Of a stretch of 43,513 bases of DNA, positions 9,162 to 18,999 are shown piece after piece. A program made the translations under genes and the position numbers. How positions within the stretch are numbered: the stretch's first letter is position 1; each line of letters starts with the position of its first letter. The notes under the pieces were generated by a model. It was not told the origin of the DNA. It worked only from the letters and a program-made list of their open reading frames with translations, and ran no database searches. The stretch is from Desulfobacterales bacterium (GTDB taxonomy: Bacteria; Desulfobacterota; Desulfobacteria; Desulfobacterales; UBA11574), in contig JASFLX010000001.1 in NCBI GenBank assembly GCA_050117895.1, forward strand, positions 1 through 43,513. The letters run 5' to 3'.

Positions 9162-10178
9162 ATGAATAGTACAAAACATCTGATCTTTGCTAATTTATTA
9201 GTGATACTCATCATTAGTCTGGGGGTAGCCGGATATATGATGATCGAAGGGTGGAACCTTTTAGATGCGTTATATATGACCGTCACCACGCTGACCACGG
9301 TGGGATATGGCGAAGTACATGAGATGACAAAAATGGGGCAGGTGTTTACTATTATGCTCATCTGTGTCGGCGTTGCCTTCTTTTTGTATGTTGCCGGCGC
9401 TGTTGTCCAGTTCATGGTTGAAGGGCGAATCAGAACCATATTAGGGAGAAGAAGATTGGATAAAAAGATTGATCGACTGAAAAACCATTATATTATTTGT
9501 GGATATGGGCGTATCGGCAAGGTTCTTTGCAAAATGTTATTAAGAAAGCCCTTTGACCTGATCGTTGTTGAGAAGGATCCGGAGCTTATCCCGGTAATGG
9601 ACGCAGATAAAATTCTCTATGTGTCAGGTGATGCGACAAATGAAGAAAATTTGCTTAAAGCAGGATTGAATCGTGCGAAAGGGCTGATTGCCGCGCTGGC
9701 TACGGATACGGAAAATGTTTTCCTGGTGCTGACAGCCAGACAACTGAACCCCGACCTTTATATTATTGCAAGGGGAAGCAGTAACGAATCTAAGAATAAA
9801 TTGCATGCCGCAGGCGCCAACAAGGTAGAATTACCATACGATATGGGTGCCGTGAGTATGGCCCAGCGGATCATCCGTCCAACCGTGACCAATTTTCTGG
9901 AACTTGCCTTTGCTCACCGACGTAAAGATATTCAGATGGAAGAAATGCCGGTCCACTCTTCCTCTAATCTTGTCAATATCATGCTGAAAGATTCAGGAAT
10001 CAGGCAACAATTCAACTTGATAATCATTGCGATAAAAAAGCTTGATGGGAATATGCTGTTTAATCCTTCTTTTGAGACGGTTATCGAGGGCGGTGATACC
10101 GTAATTGCTGTGGGGCAGGAAAATAATCTTCAACAACTGGAAAAGATATTGAATCCAACAGGACAAGGGCTTGCCTAG
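9162..10178 (+). CDS. voltage-independent K+ channel with TrkA-N/TrkA-C (RCK) domains
   Basis: Selectivity filter TTVGYGE; Rossmann HYIICGYGRIGK; C-terminal RCK-C. Start set to ATG 9162 because the ORF-track extension from 9075 is a translation of repeat copy F. Confidence 0.85.
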   Translation: MNSTKHLIFANLLVILIISLGVAGYMMIEGWNLLDALYMTVTTLTTVGYGEVHEMTKMGQVFTIMLICVGVAFFLYVAGAVVQFMVEGRIRTILGRRRLDKKIDRLKNHYIICGYGRIGKVLCKMLLRKPFDLIVVEKDPELIPVMDADKILYVSGDATNEENLLKAGLNRAKGLIAALATDTENVFLVLTARQLNPDLYIIARGSSNESKNKLHAAGANKVELPYDMGAVSMAQRIIRPTVTNFLELAFAHRRKDIQMEEMPVHSSSNLVNIMLKDSGIRQQFNLIIIAIKKLDGNMLFNPSFETVIEGGDTVIAVGQENNLQQLEKILNPTGQGLA

Positions 10179-10348
10179 TGTCCATCCAGAAATGGTAGAT
10201 TTTGGTTTCCGGCAAGGCCCGAGCAAGTTTTCAACCTCCCCGAAAACATCACGGGATCTCCGACAGGCATAGCGCGCTATTTCGAGGATTGAAAACGAGC
10301 GAGAACGCCGCCGGGGGCCGAAAGATGCCGTTTATGGATGGACACTAG
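10175..10348. repeat. palindromic MITE-like element, copy A
   Basis: CTAGTGTCCATCCAGAAATGG (10175-10195) / CCGTTTATGGATGGACACTAG (10328-10348). Core CAGGCATAGCGCGCTATTTCGAGGATTGAAAAC. Near-identical to copy B except for a 28-nt internal insertion. Fills the whole convergent gap. Confidence 0.85.
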
Positions 10349-10355
10349 TTAGCGG

Positions 10356-10943
10356 TTATATTTTGTATATAATTCTTTTTTCGGTAATTATAATATCGAC
10401 ATACTTGTCATGGGATTCCATTTGTATTTGCGGTATGATTTGGTTTTCAAAAGTAAGCGCAACTTTTCTTGTTGTGATCGATAATTTTGGAATAAGCCGG
10501 TCGTAATATCCATCACCCGATCCTATTCTCCCCCCTTTTTCATCAAATGCAACACCGGGGATTATTGCGATATCGATACATTCGATGGGCACAACATTAC
10601 AACGGCTCGAGTCCGGTTCCAGGATGCCTCTGGCCCCGGGAATTAAATCGGTATCCAAGTTATCGATTTTCATCAATTTCATTTCATATTTGGCTGTGTC
10701 AAAGGCAGGAAGAATGACAATTTTTTTGTAATTTAAACATCTTTCTAATATCTTTCGCGTATTCACTTCGCTGGTACTGTTTATATAAAGCAATACAATA
10801 TTTGCTTCTAAAAAGTTGGCAAATTCAAAGAGACGGTTTTCTATCTTTGTAATATTTTTTTCAATTTCGCTGTCGGAAAGTTCATTCAGTTTTTTTGCTA
10901 TGTTGCTGCGTATTTCATTTTTTGTTTCTCGAATCTCCTCCAT
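10356..10943 (-). CDS. 5-formyltetrahydrofolate cyclo-ligase
   Basis: 195 aa; GGRIGSGDGYYDR signature of MTHFS. Confidence 0.85.
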   Translation of the reverse strand: MEEIRETKNEIRSNIAKKLNELSDSEIEKNITKIENRLFEFANFLEANIVLLYINSTSEVNTRKILERCLNYKKIVILPAFDTAKYEMKLMKIDNLDTDLIPGARGILEPDSSRCNVVPIECIDIAIIPGVAFDEKGGRIGSGDGYYDRLIPKLSITTRKVALTFENQIIPQIQMESHDKYVDIIITEKRIIYKI

Positions 10944-10981
10944 AAGTATTCTCCCGGACAGATATTTAGAATATTATTTAT

Positions 10982-11010
10982 TATATACAAATTTTAGCAA
11001 ATAATGTCAA
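10982..11010 (-). promoter_or_regulatory. sigma-70-type promoter candidate for the cyclo-ligase gene
   Basis: On the minus strand TTGACA (11010-11005), 17 nt, TATATA (10987-10982), about 40 nt upstream of the ATG. Confidence 0.45.
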
Positions 11011-11160
11011 CTAACAATAATCATTGACTATATGGCTTGCCCGTGATAGGACCTCTCTAAAACTTTTTCATAATTTAGATGCCTGCAATATTTTTCTCAA
11101 CAAGCCGGATCATATGAGATGCAGGCTTTGTCATTTGGCCGAGAGAAGATAGGAATTGTT

Positions 11161-12435
11161 ATGCTGGAAATCAAATTTGTGAGACAGAACCTTCCTGAAA
11201 TCGAAAAAGCGCTTTCAAGGCGAGGACAAACCGCCGACCTTGAAACTTTTAAACAATGTGATGCCAAACGAAAAGCCATTCTTCTTGAGATTGAAAACCT
11301 GAGACATCGCCGGAATGTGGTTTCTGAACAGATAGCGGATATGAAAAAAGATGGCGAGGCTGCAGATGATCTTGTAAATCAGATGCGTGAAGTCGCCGGC
11401 AAGATAAAGGCATTGGATCATGGTTTGTCGGAAAGTGAAGATAAAATAAACCAAATCCTTTTCGGATTGCCGAATATACCTCATCAATCGGTCCCTGTGG
11501 GAAAGGACAGTTCTGATAATCCTGTTCTAAAACAGATCGGTACACCCCCTGATTTTGATTTTGAGCCCCTGCCTCACTGGACATTAGGTAAAAAACTCAA
11601 GATCTTAGATTTCGAGACAGCAGCTAAAATCACCGGAGCCCGCTTTCCGCTCTATTCAGGTAAAGGCGCAAGGCTGGAAAGGGCGCTTATCAATTTCATG
11701 CTTGATATTCATACCACAAAACACGGTTATACAGAGATACTGCCGCCCTTTATCGTGAACCGCAACAGCATGACAAACACCGGTCAACTTCCAAAGTTCG
11801 AGGAAGACCTTTTCAAGCTTGACGGATGGGATTATTTCCTTGTACCCACGGCTGAAGTTCCGGTAACCAACATCCATAAGGGTGAAATTTTAAATGAAAA
11901 AATGTTGCCGATTTTCTACACGGCGTATACCCCCTGTTTTCGTTCGGAAGCAGGCTCCTATGGAAAGGATACCAAAGGGTTGATCCGGCAGCACCAGTTC
12001 AACAAGGTGGAACTGGTCAAGTTTACGACGCCGGAAACATCCTATGATGAGCTTGAAACCCTTTTAAATCACGCCGAAACAATTTTAAACATTCTCGGGC
12101 TTCCTTATCAGGTTGTTTCTCTTTGTACCGGCGATCTGGGCTTTTCCGCAGCAAAAACTTATGATATTGAAGTCTGGATGCCCGCGCAAAATGTTTACAG
12201 AGAGATCTCATCGTGTAGTAATTTTGAGAACTTTCAGGCCAGGCGTGCCAATATCCGGTTTAAACGAAAGGGGAAGAAGGGTACCGAACTTGTACATACC
12301 CTCAACGGATCCGGGCTTGCTGTCGGAAGAACGGTGGCCGCAATACTCGAAAATTTTCAGCAGGCGGACGGGTCCGTTTTTATTCCCGAAGCCCTGAAAC
12401 CTTATATGGGCGGAGTTGAAAAAATATCGTCGTGA
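11161..12435 (+). CDS. serS: serine--tRNA ligase
   Basis: [11 protein letters not shown]-terminal coiled-coil arm and class II motifs ([16 protein letters not shown]). Start at ATG 11161 with AGGAA RBS. Confidence 0.95.
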   Translation: MLEIKFVRQNLPEIEKALSRRGQTADLETFKQCDAKRKAILLEIENLRHRRNVVSEQIADMKKDGEAADDLVNQMREVAGKIKALDHGLSESEDKINQILFGLPNIPHQSVPVGKDSSDNPVLKQIGTPPDFDFEPLPHWTLGKKLKILDFETAAKITGARFPLYSGKGARLERALINFMLDIHTTKHGYTEILPPFIVNRNSMTNTGQLPKFEEDLFKLDGWDYFLVPTAEVPVTNIHKGEILNEKMLPIFYTAYTPCFRSEAGSYGKDTKGLIRQHQFNKVELVKFTTPETSYDELETLLNHAETILNILGLPYQVVSLCTGDLGFSAAKTYDIEVWMPAQNVYREISSCSNFENFQARRANIRFKRKGKKGTELVHTLNGSGLAVGRTVAAILENFQQADGSVFIPEALKPYMGGVEKISS

Positions 12436-13943
12436 AACCAAAAGATTTTCCTAAAGATATTAAATCCTTTATCATTCCGAAACACCAAGGCAAACTCATT
12501 TATCGGTGCCTTGGGTGTGCCCGGGAATATGGTATTGATGAACTGCTCTATACCTGTCCGGATTGCGGACAGGTGCTTCTGATATTCGATGTAAATTTTG
12601 AACGTTTAAAAAAGATCCCGGGTAGGATATGGCGCAAGATTTTTGATTATCGCAAGATGCTCACCATCCCGGCGTTAAAGGGGATCTATCTTTATCATGA
12701 ATTTATCGGGCCGGTTATTCCGTTAGAATCTGTAATCTATTTGGGCGAGGGACACACTCCTGTTGTGGAAGCAAACGATTTTCTGCAGGGGAAAGCAAAC
12801 CTTAAATTTTACTTTAAAAATGACGGCCAGAATCCCAGCGCCTCATTTAAGGACAGGGGGATGGCCAGCGCATTGAGCTATATCAACTATCTGGTTCAAA
12901 AAGGTCATACTTCCGATGTGCTTGCCATATGCGCTTCCACCGGGGACACCTCAGCTGCCGCAGCCTTGTATGCATCTTTTCTTCAACCCCATGTTAAATC
13001 CGCAGTGCTTCTACCTCATAAGAAGGTGACACCGCAGCAACTTTCTCAGCCTCTGGGAAGTGGCGCCGATGTATTCGAAATGCCGGGTGTGTTTGACGAT
13101 TGCATGAAGGTTGTTGAAGCCCTGTCGGAAAATTACAATGTTGCACTGTTAAACTCAAAAAATGCCTGGCGTATTCTGGGTCAGGAGTCATATTCATATG
13201 AAATCGCACAGGCTTTTGAGTATGACATGGCAAACAAAGTCGTGGTTGTACCGATCGGTAATGCCGGCAATATTACTGCGGTAATCAGCGGGTTTTTAAA
13301 ATTTTATGAGACCGGTGTGATACGGTCTTTGCCGAAAATATTGGGTGTACAGTCAGAACATGCCAATCCTGTTTACCGGTATTATCTGGAACCTGATGCT
13401 AAAAAACGAAAATTTATTCCCGTAACCGTTAAGGCGAGTGTGGCCCAGGCAGCCATGATCGGAAATCCTGTTTCAATGCCGAGAGTGATTCATCTGGTGG
13501 AGTTATATAACCGTTTGTCAGGAAGGCAGAATGTCTTTTTTATTGAAGTTAGCGAACAATCCATAATGGACTGGGAACTTCTGGCCAACCGTAATGGACA
13601 TATCGCCTGTACCCATGGCGGCGAATCTCTTGCCGGTCTGATTGTCGCTCGCAAGAAAAAAATTGTTGGACAAAAGGATGTTGCCATTGTCGATTCAACG
13701 GCTCATCCACTAAAATTTTCGGGTTTTCAGGATATGTATTTTGAAAATAGCTTTCCTGAAGAATTCGAAATTTCTCCGAACCCGGATCTTATGAACACCC
13801 CTGTTTATGTTTGTCCGGATGATCTTACAAATGTTCCCGCTCCGGGGAAACCGTTGCACAAGGAAGATTTTGAGCGGTTTGTCCAAGGTGTATCCTCAGA
13901 GATTGCAAAGATTTTGAGTCTCAAAAAAAGGCAGAAAGAATGA
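12432..13943 (+). CDS. thrC: threonine synthase (long form with N-terminal zinc ribbon)
   Basis: PLP-lysine motif SFKDRGMA; CxxC...CxxC ribbon at the N-terminus; GTG start overlaps the serS stop (GTGA). Confidence 0.88.
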   Translation: MKPKDFPKDIKSFIIPKHQGKLIYRCLGCAREYGIDELLYTCPDCGQVLLIFDVNFERLKKIPGRIWRKIFDYRKMLTIPALKGIYLYHEFIGPVIPLESVIYLGEGHTPVVEANDFLQGKANLKFYFKNDGQNPSASFKDRGMASALSYINYLVQKGHTSDVLAICASTGDTSAAAALYASFLQPHVKSAVLLPHKKVTPQQLSQPLGSGADVFEMPGVFDDCMKVVEALSENYNVALLNSKNAWRILGQESYSYEIAQAFEYDMANKVVVVPIGNAGNITAVISGFLKFYETGVIRSLPKILGVQSEHANPVYRYYLEPDAKKRKFIPVTVKASVAQAAMIGNPVSMPRVIHLVELYNRLSGRQNVFFIEVSEQSIMDWELLANRNGHIACTHGGESLAGLIVARKKKIVGQKDVAIVDSTAHPLKFSGFQDMYFENSFPEEFEISPNPDLMNTPVYVCPDDLTNVPAPGKPLHKEDFERFVQGVSSEIAKILSLKKRQKE

Positions 13944-15763
13944 AATTCCAAAGATCATCTTTAGTATTCGTCTTTTTGGTGATACTCATTCCCGCATTCT
14001 TTATTTTTCCCGGTTCCGCATACACTGCTTTTTTGTATAAAAGCTATACCATTCGATATGACAGAGGATGGGACATATTATGTGATCCATATGTTGTGAA
14101 AAAAAACGACTGGCTTTACAAACTCTTCAGACAAAAAGGAGAAATTTCTCACAGGGATTTCCCGGAATTTTTGAGGATATTCAAACGTATAAATCCACAT
14201 ATTCATGATATAGACAAAATTCGTGCCGGCCAGCATATTATCATCCCATTAAAAAAGTTAAGCCCGGTTTCACTGCCCGGACAATCTTCAGGTGTGGTTA
14301 CCATTCCATTTGTGACCCTCCCCAACATACCTGAAACCCTTAAAACGTATTCAGCAAAATATACCGTCCAAAAGGGAGATTGCATATCCATTCTTATTTC
14401 GGCAACATACGGGGCTTATGGCACAGAACCATATAATCAGGGCATCGAACTGTTCAGACGGATCAATCCCGATGTCAAAAATCTGGATCGTATTTATGCC
14501 GGTCAGGATATCCTTATCCCGGATTCGGCTATCTTAGACCAGCCATGGTATCAATCCCTGTTTGACAGTTCGGCAGATAATAACAAACGTCCCGATATGA
14601 ACGGTTCAATTCTGACTTCTAAGACAACACCGGAGTTTTCTGTTTCCGAAGACAGGGAAGAGCAACAGACGACTCATTTATCAAAAATTTCATCGGTTTT
14701 AGATGGGAAACTTATAAATAAGGGAGTGTATTATTTTCCAAGGCCGGGCCGGGAGGATTTTGCGCTCGATCTTTCTAAAATCTCCTTAATGGAATTAAAA
14801 AATGGAACCCGCATCCTTTTTCCAATGGACAACACAAATCAGGACCCTGAGCTTGACGTGGTAAAATCCTTTTGGGAAGATGTACATATCGTTCGAGTGA
14901 CGCCCAACCATTCTATAAAAAATGACTTTGATGCTGTTTTTAAAAGCTTGGGCAAAGATTCTTTAAAAAACCATTTGTCTTTTTCCGATCAAGGCGTCAA
15001 GGTTGAAGTCCGGGGGGAATGGATATTTGATAAAATTGCTGAGAAAGGAAAAAGCGTGCGCCATTTTTGTATATCCTTTATTGATCATTCCGGCAAGAAG
15101 ACTCCCGAATCAATCTTGCGCTACCTGGATCAAAATAATATCGTTTTAAAAGAAATCGTTATGGGTAATAATACTTCCGAACAGAAATCTAATGAGCCGG
15201 TTTTTGATAAATCGGCTGAAATTGCGAGCACTATCGATTCTTCAGATCAAAAAACCTTTGTAAAAGATTTGATTATGGCCATTGGATTCACGTACTCCCC
15301 CAATGTCAGTATTTCATTTCCGTATTCCGGAGTTCAAGTCAAGACAGTTTCGAATCTTTTCATGGGAAGTGACGGAAACCCGTTTCTTATAGATTTTGGG
15401 GATCTTTACGGTGATGCGGTTTCTGCCATTGAAAAAACCGGCTTTACCGTCATCCAGATAAAAAGTGATGATAATTATCCTGTGATCATACAAAAGATCC
15501 TTGACGCCATGGACGTTTCTTATACCCATAATCCAACTTTCCTTGCAGCCAAAAGACCTGCTATCTACAATACCGTTTTGACGATACCCGGTTTTCTGGT
15601 TACCGGTGCGGGAAAACCAAGAATTCTTCTTTCTTTTGCTACCCCGCATCGTGCGATAATTCACTTTTTAACAAATCAAGGGGTTAAGATCAGTGTGATC
15701 GAACCGTCTAAAGCCAATGTAACCTCTCAAAAAATGGTTGAGCCAACAGGTGATAAAATGTAA
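13940..15763 (+). CDS. LysM-domain protein (two LysM repeats plus an uncharacterised roughly 400-aa C-terminal region)
   Basis: N-terminal signal/anchor. Two LysM-like units (YTIRYDRGWD...IDKIRAGQHIIIP and YTVQKGDCISIL...LDRIYAGQDILIP). ATG overlaps the thrC stop (ATGA). Confidence 0.75.
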   Translation: MKFQRSSLVFVFLVILIPAFFIFPGSAYTAFLYKSYTIRYDRGWDILCDPYVVKKNDWLYKLFRQKGEISHRDFPEFLRIFKRINPHIHDIDKIRAGQHIIIPLKKLSPVSLPGQSSGVVTIPFVTLPNIPETLKTYSAKYTVQKGDCISILISATYGAYGTEPYNQGIELFRRINPDVKNLDRIYAGQDILIPDSAILDQPWYQSLFDSSADNNKRPDMNGSILTSKTTPEFSVSEDREEQQTTHLSKISSVLDGKLINKGVYYFPRPGREDFALDLSKISLMELKNGTRILFPMDNTNQDPELDVVKSFWEDVHIVRVTPNHSIKNDFDAVFKSLGKDSLKNHLSFSDQGVKVEVRGEWIFDKIAEKGKSVRHFCISFIDHSGKKTPESILRYLDQNNIVLKEIVMGNNTSEQKSNEPVFDKSAEIASTIDSSDQKTFVKDLIMAIGFTYSPNVSISFPYSGVQVKTVSNLFMGSDGNPFLIDFGDLYGDAVSAIEKTGFTVIQIKSDDNYPVIIQKILDAMDVSYTHNPTFLAAKRPAIYNTVLTIPGFLVTGAGKPRILLSFATPHRAIIHFLTNQGVKISVIEPSKANVTSQKMVEPTGDKM

Positions 15764-15833
15764 CATAATTGGTTAGTTGACCAGGTTAGTGAGCTTAAAA
15801 AAAAACACCCAACGTATCATTAAGGTTAAAAAA

Positions 15834-16601
15834 ATGAGAACATATCGATTTGTTCAGCCGCTAGTTTTAATTTTGATATTCGGCGTTATTTCGTGTGCGG
15901 CAAATTTGGAAATGCAAAAAAAACAGGCCAAAGCTTCAAGGAGTTTCGGCGAAGCACATTACCGGCAGGGAAATTATCCTGGCGCGTTAGGAGAATTTCT
16001 TAAATCAGAAAAACTTTATCCGAGCGATCCTTTTCTTCAAAATGACCTGGGCCTTACTTACATGGCCATGGGAAAAATGGATCTTGCCGTCAAACATTTC
16101 CAAAAGGCCATTGAAATTAAACCCGATTACGCTCCTGCCATAAATAACTTAGGAACCGCTTATCTAAACAAGAAAGAATGGGATGCAGCCATCAGATATT
16201 TCAAGGAGGTTAGCGAAAACCTTCTGTATGCGACGCCTCATTTTGCCTTTTCTAATCTGGGATGGGCCTACTACAACAAGAAAGAGTATGAGCTTGCTGA
16301 AAAATTCTATCTTAAGGCCCTTGAAATTAATCCCGAGTTTATCACTGCGCGGGTCGGTCTCGGCAAGACGTATACTGCGATGGGCAGGAGTTCAGAGGCA
16401 GTAGCCACACTTGAAAAAGCGGTTCAAGATTATCCGCGTTTGGGTCAATTATATTTCGATCTGGCCCGGGCCTACACTTTATCGGGTGAATATGAAAAGG
16501 CTCTTGAAGCTTATGAAAAAGTGGCTGAATTTTCTCCGGACAGTGCCCTTTCCCGGGAAGCGGAAAGAGAAGCTCGAAAAATAATGAGATTTCGGAAGTG
16601 A
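15834..16601 (+). CDS. TPR lipoprotein, PilW/PilF/Tgl-like (putative secretin pilotin)
   Basis: Lipobox-like FGVISC after a signal peptide, then about 6 TPR units; size and architecture match type IV pilus PilW/PilF. Start set to ATG 15834. Confidence 0.65.
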   Translation: MRTYRFVQPLVLILIFGVISCAANLEMQKKQAKASRSFGEAHYRQGNYPGALGEFLKSEKLYPSDPFLQNDLGLTYMAMGKMDLAVKHFQKAIEIKPDYAPAINNLGTAYLNKKEWDAAIRYFKEVSENLLYATPHFAFSNLGWAYYNKKEYELAEKFYLKALEINPEFITARVGLGKTYTAMGRSSEAVATLEKAVQDYPRLGQLYFDLARAYTLSGEYEKALEAYEKVAEFSPDSALSREAEREARKIMRFRK

Positions 16602-16607
16602 AAAATT

Positions 16608-18998
16608 TTACATCTGGGTTTTTATATTGCGTTGTTCAAGCTGAACGATTCTGGGAGTAATAAAAATCAGCAGCTCGTCCAGCTGGTCTTCTTTGGAATT
16701 TGTTTTAAAGAGCCACCCGAGAACCGGTATTTTCATCAGTCCCGGAATCCCGCTTTCATCTCTGTCTGTTCTTGTCTTGCGAATACCGCCGATGATCACC
16801 GTATCCCCGTCATTGACCAGAAGTTCGGTATTGGCTTCCTTGGTGGTAAATGACAACTCATTATTAATAACCGCACCGACTTCATTGTTTTTTACTGAAA
16901 TTTCCATCGTAATGCGGTCATCAGGGGTAACATGCGGCGTAACTTCCAGCTCAAGGGCGATGTCTTCTAGCTCAACGGTCGTATTTCCATCCGCATCCAG
17001 CTTGGTATACGGGTATCTTAAACCCTGTATGATACTCGCCTGGGTATTGTCGAGTGCTAAAATTTTAGGGGTTGAAATTATCTTTACCTGTCCCTCACTT
17101 TCAGCGGCCTCTATGGTAGCCCCCAAGGTCCATGGCGAGCCGGTGAGCTTGCTGAAATTAATGCCCAAACTTCCGAGGCTGGATACCGGCGGATTGGTTG
17201 CCGTAAAGGAAAAATCACGGGTATATTTGCTGCCGACCGGACCATAAGTTCCTGACAGGGTGACGCCAAGCTCCCTTGAAAAGTTATTGCTGGCTTCGAC
17301 AATTCTGGCTTCGATGAGAACCTGTGGGGTTACCCGGTCAAGTTTTTGAACGATTTCCTTGGCCCGTTTAATGGATCGCGCCACATCCGACATGACGATC
17401 ATGTTGTTTGTTTTATCAATGCTAACCTTGCCACGTTCGGGGTTGAATTTACTATTTCCCTGATCATTCGTAAATTTTCCGTCTTCCACAAGATGTTTGC
17501 CGATATCAATGGCATCAACATAGGAGATACGCATAAATACGGTGATCAGTTCTTCCTGATTTTCGGCTTCCCGCTTTGCTGACAATTTTTCTTTTCTTTC
17601 CTCTTCTTCCTGTGCCAGAGTTTTAAGGGTAGCCACCCGTATGATGCCTTCTTCATATACCAAACCCAGCTTGTTCATCTTCAGGACCAAAGCCAGAACC
17701 TGGTCCCACGGTATGGGTTTTTCAAGGCTCAACGTAACCTCACCGGTTACATCCTTGTCAATGGCAAAGTTTTCTCCGCTGACTTCCCGTATAATTCGAA
17801 ATACGTTTTTAATATTGGTTCTAAAAAAATCAACCGCGATTTTTTCCCCGATATATTTCTTTTCACTCTCCGTTCGATAAAAATTCAAAGATCTTCTTAT
17901 ACCCGTAACGGCATCGGTGGCTTTTTGGCGCTCGGTATCATAAGCAGCACCCAAAGAGGCTTTTTCTGGTTTTGCTCCTGTAGGAGCAACCGGCTGGGTC
18001 ATCACTTTTTTCCATGGTGGAAGCTTGGCTTTATCAAAAGGCCTGGGAGATATTGAAGACGCTTCAAAATGGAGCAACAGAAGACTATCCGTCTGTTCCA
18101 CAAAATAGGGTACGGATTCTCTCAATTCAATGGTAACCAGAGAAGTCTCTTTCATGGCCGGTGACTGAACTGGTGTAATACGATCAACAGCGCTGTGAAA
18201 CCGTGTGGTCACCAATGGACGCTGGCGATATTCCGGAAGCCTTGTATTATAAAGACAAAGCAGGAGTTTTTTATCATCGATTTTTTTTAAGTCGTATGTG
18301 ATCGGTATTGTAGTCCCGATAATAATTGTCGATTTGCCGCCTTCTTCACCTGAAAAATCTATCCGGTTAATCCAGGCGGGTTTGTCTTTTTTAATTTGAG
18401 GGGTAACCGTTTTATTGACCGTGGTTTTGGCATCTAATTTTTTCTGTTCAGACGCGGCCGGCTGTTCCTTGGCATTTTGCGATGTATCGCTCGATGTTTC
18501 TTTGATCTTTAATTTCGCATCGGTAGAAACCGAAACTCCGGATTCTTTATTGAATGATATTTTAAGACCCGTATCTTCTCTGTTTACTTCATAAGAAGCA
18601 TCTTTTTTCAATAATATTTCAACACGGGATGTATGCCCTTTGGTTGTTAATTCAGAAGAATTGATTGAACTTACAATTTCACTGTCCGGCACATAGGAAG
18701 TATTGATATCGCCCAGAACCGTCTCAGGGAAATAAAGTAAAACCCCCAGGGGGAAAGTTTGTTTGACCGATGTATAGGTAAGCAGCCGGTTCCCTCTGAT
18801 CCAGATAGTAGAAGATGTTAAATCCTCGCTGGCACTTATGCCGGTTATATGCTTGGGCTCAAAAGCTTGGCCTGCATCCTTTTTTGTTTCTTTAACCGCC
18901 ATGGTGTTAGACGCACACCCAGCCAAAACCGCCATCAACATTCCCAAAAAGAAGATAATAGCTCCAATCTTTGACCATCTTTTGATGTTACCATTCAT
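16608..18998 (-). CDS. pilQ: type IV pilus secretin PilQ with two AMIN domains
   Basis: 796 aa; N-terminal lipoprotein-like signal, two AMIN-like modules, C-terminal secretin domain (ISTPKILALDNTQASI..., GIPGLMKIPVLGWLF). Confidence 0.9.
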   Translation of the reverse strand: MNGNIKRWSKIGAIIFFLGMLMAVLAGCASNTMAVKETKKDAGQAFEPKHITGISASEDLTSSTIWIRGNRLLTYTSVKQTFPLGVLLYFPETVLGDINTSYVPDSEIVSSINSSELTTKGHTSRVEILLKKDASYEVNREDTGLKISFNKESGVSVSTDAKLKIKETSSDTSQNAKEQPAASEQKKLDAKTTVNKTVTPQIKKDKPAWINRIDFSGEEGGKSTIIIGTTIPITYDLKKIDDKKLLLCLYNTRLPEYRQRPLVTTRFHSAVDRITPVQSPAMKETSLVTIELRESVPYFVEQTDSLLLLHFEASSISPRPFDKAKLPPWKKVMTQPVAPTGAKPEKASLGAAYDTERQKATDAVTGIRRSLNFYRTESEKKYIGEKIAVDFFRTNIKNVFRIIREVSGENFAIDKDVTGEVTLSLEKPIPWDQVLALVLKMNKLGLVYEEGIIRVATLKTLAQEEEERKEKLSAKREAENQEELITVFMRISYVDAIDIGKHLVEDGKFTNDQGNSKFNPERGKVSIDKTNNMIVMSDVARSIKRAKEIVQKLDRVTPQVLIEARIVEASNNFSRELGVTLSGTYGPVGSKYTRDFSFTATNPPVSSLGSLGINFSKLTGSPWTLGATIEAAESEGQVKIISTPKILALDNTQASIIQGLRYPYTKLDADGNTTVELEDIALELEVTPHVTPDDRITMEISVKNNEVGAVINNELSFTTKEANTELLVNDGDTVIIGGIRKTRTDRDESGIPGLMKIPVLGWLFKTNSKEDQLDELLIFITPRIVQLEQRNIKTQM

Positions 18999-18999
18999 G

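Noticed and set aside
10944-11160. Possible 6S RNA (ssrS) upstream of the 5-formyl-THF cyclo-ligase gene, by analogy with the conserved ssrS-ygfA linkage in proteobacteria
   Set aside because: The 217-nt gap shows only a short GCCTGCA...TGCAGGC stem and CTCTC/GAGAG pairing. There is no long closing stem with a central bubble. A good TTGACA-17-TATATA promoter sits only about 40 nt from the ATG, leaving no room for a co-transcribed RNA of about 180 nt. A covariance-model search would settle it.
16693-17247. 184-aa plus-strand ORF inside pilQ. The same applies to many other 60-115-aa ORFs antisense to clear genes, for example 11249-11584, 24553-24894, 26981-27325, 27326-27691, 35492-35836 and 20488-20826
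   Set aside because: Each lies entirely inside and opposite to a CDS with strong family motifs. The sequences are Ser/Leu/Phe-rich, as is typical of antisense frames.
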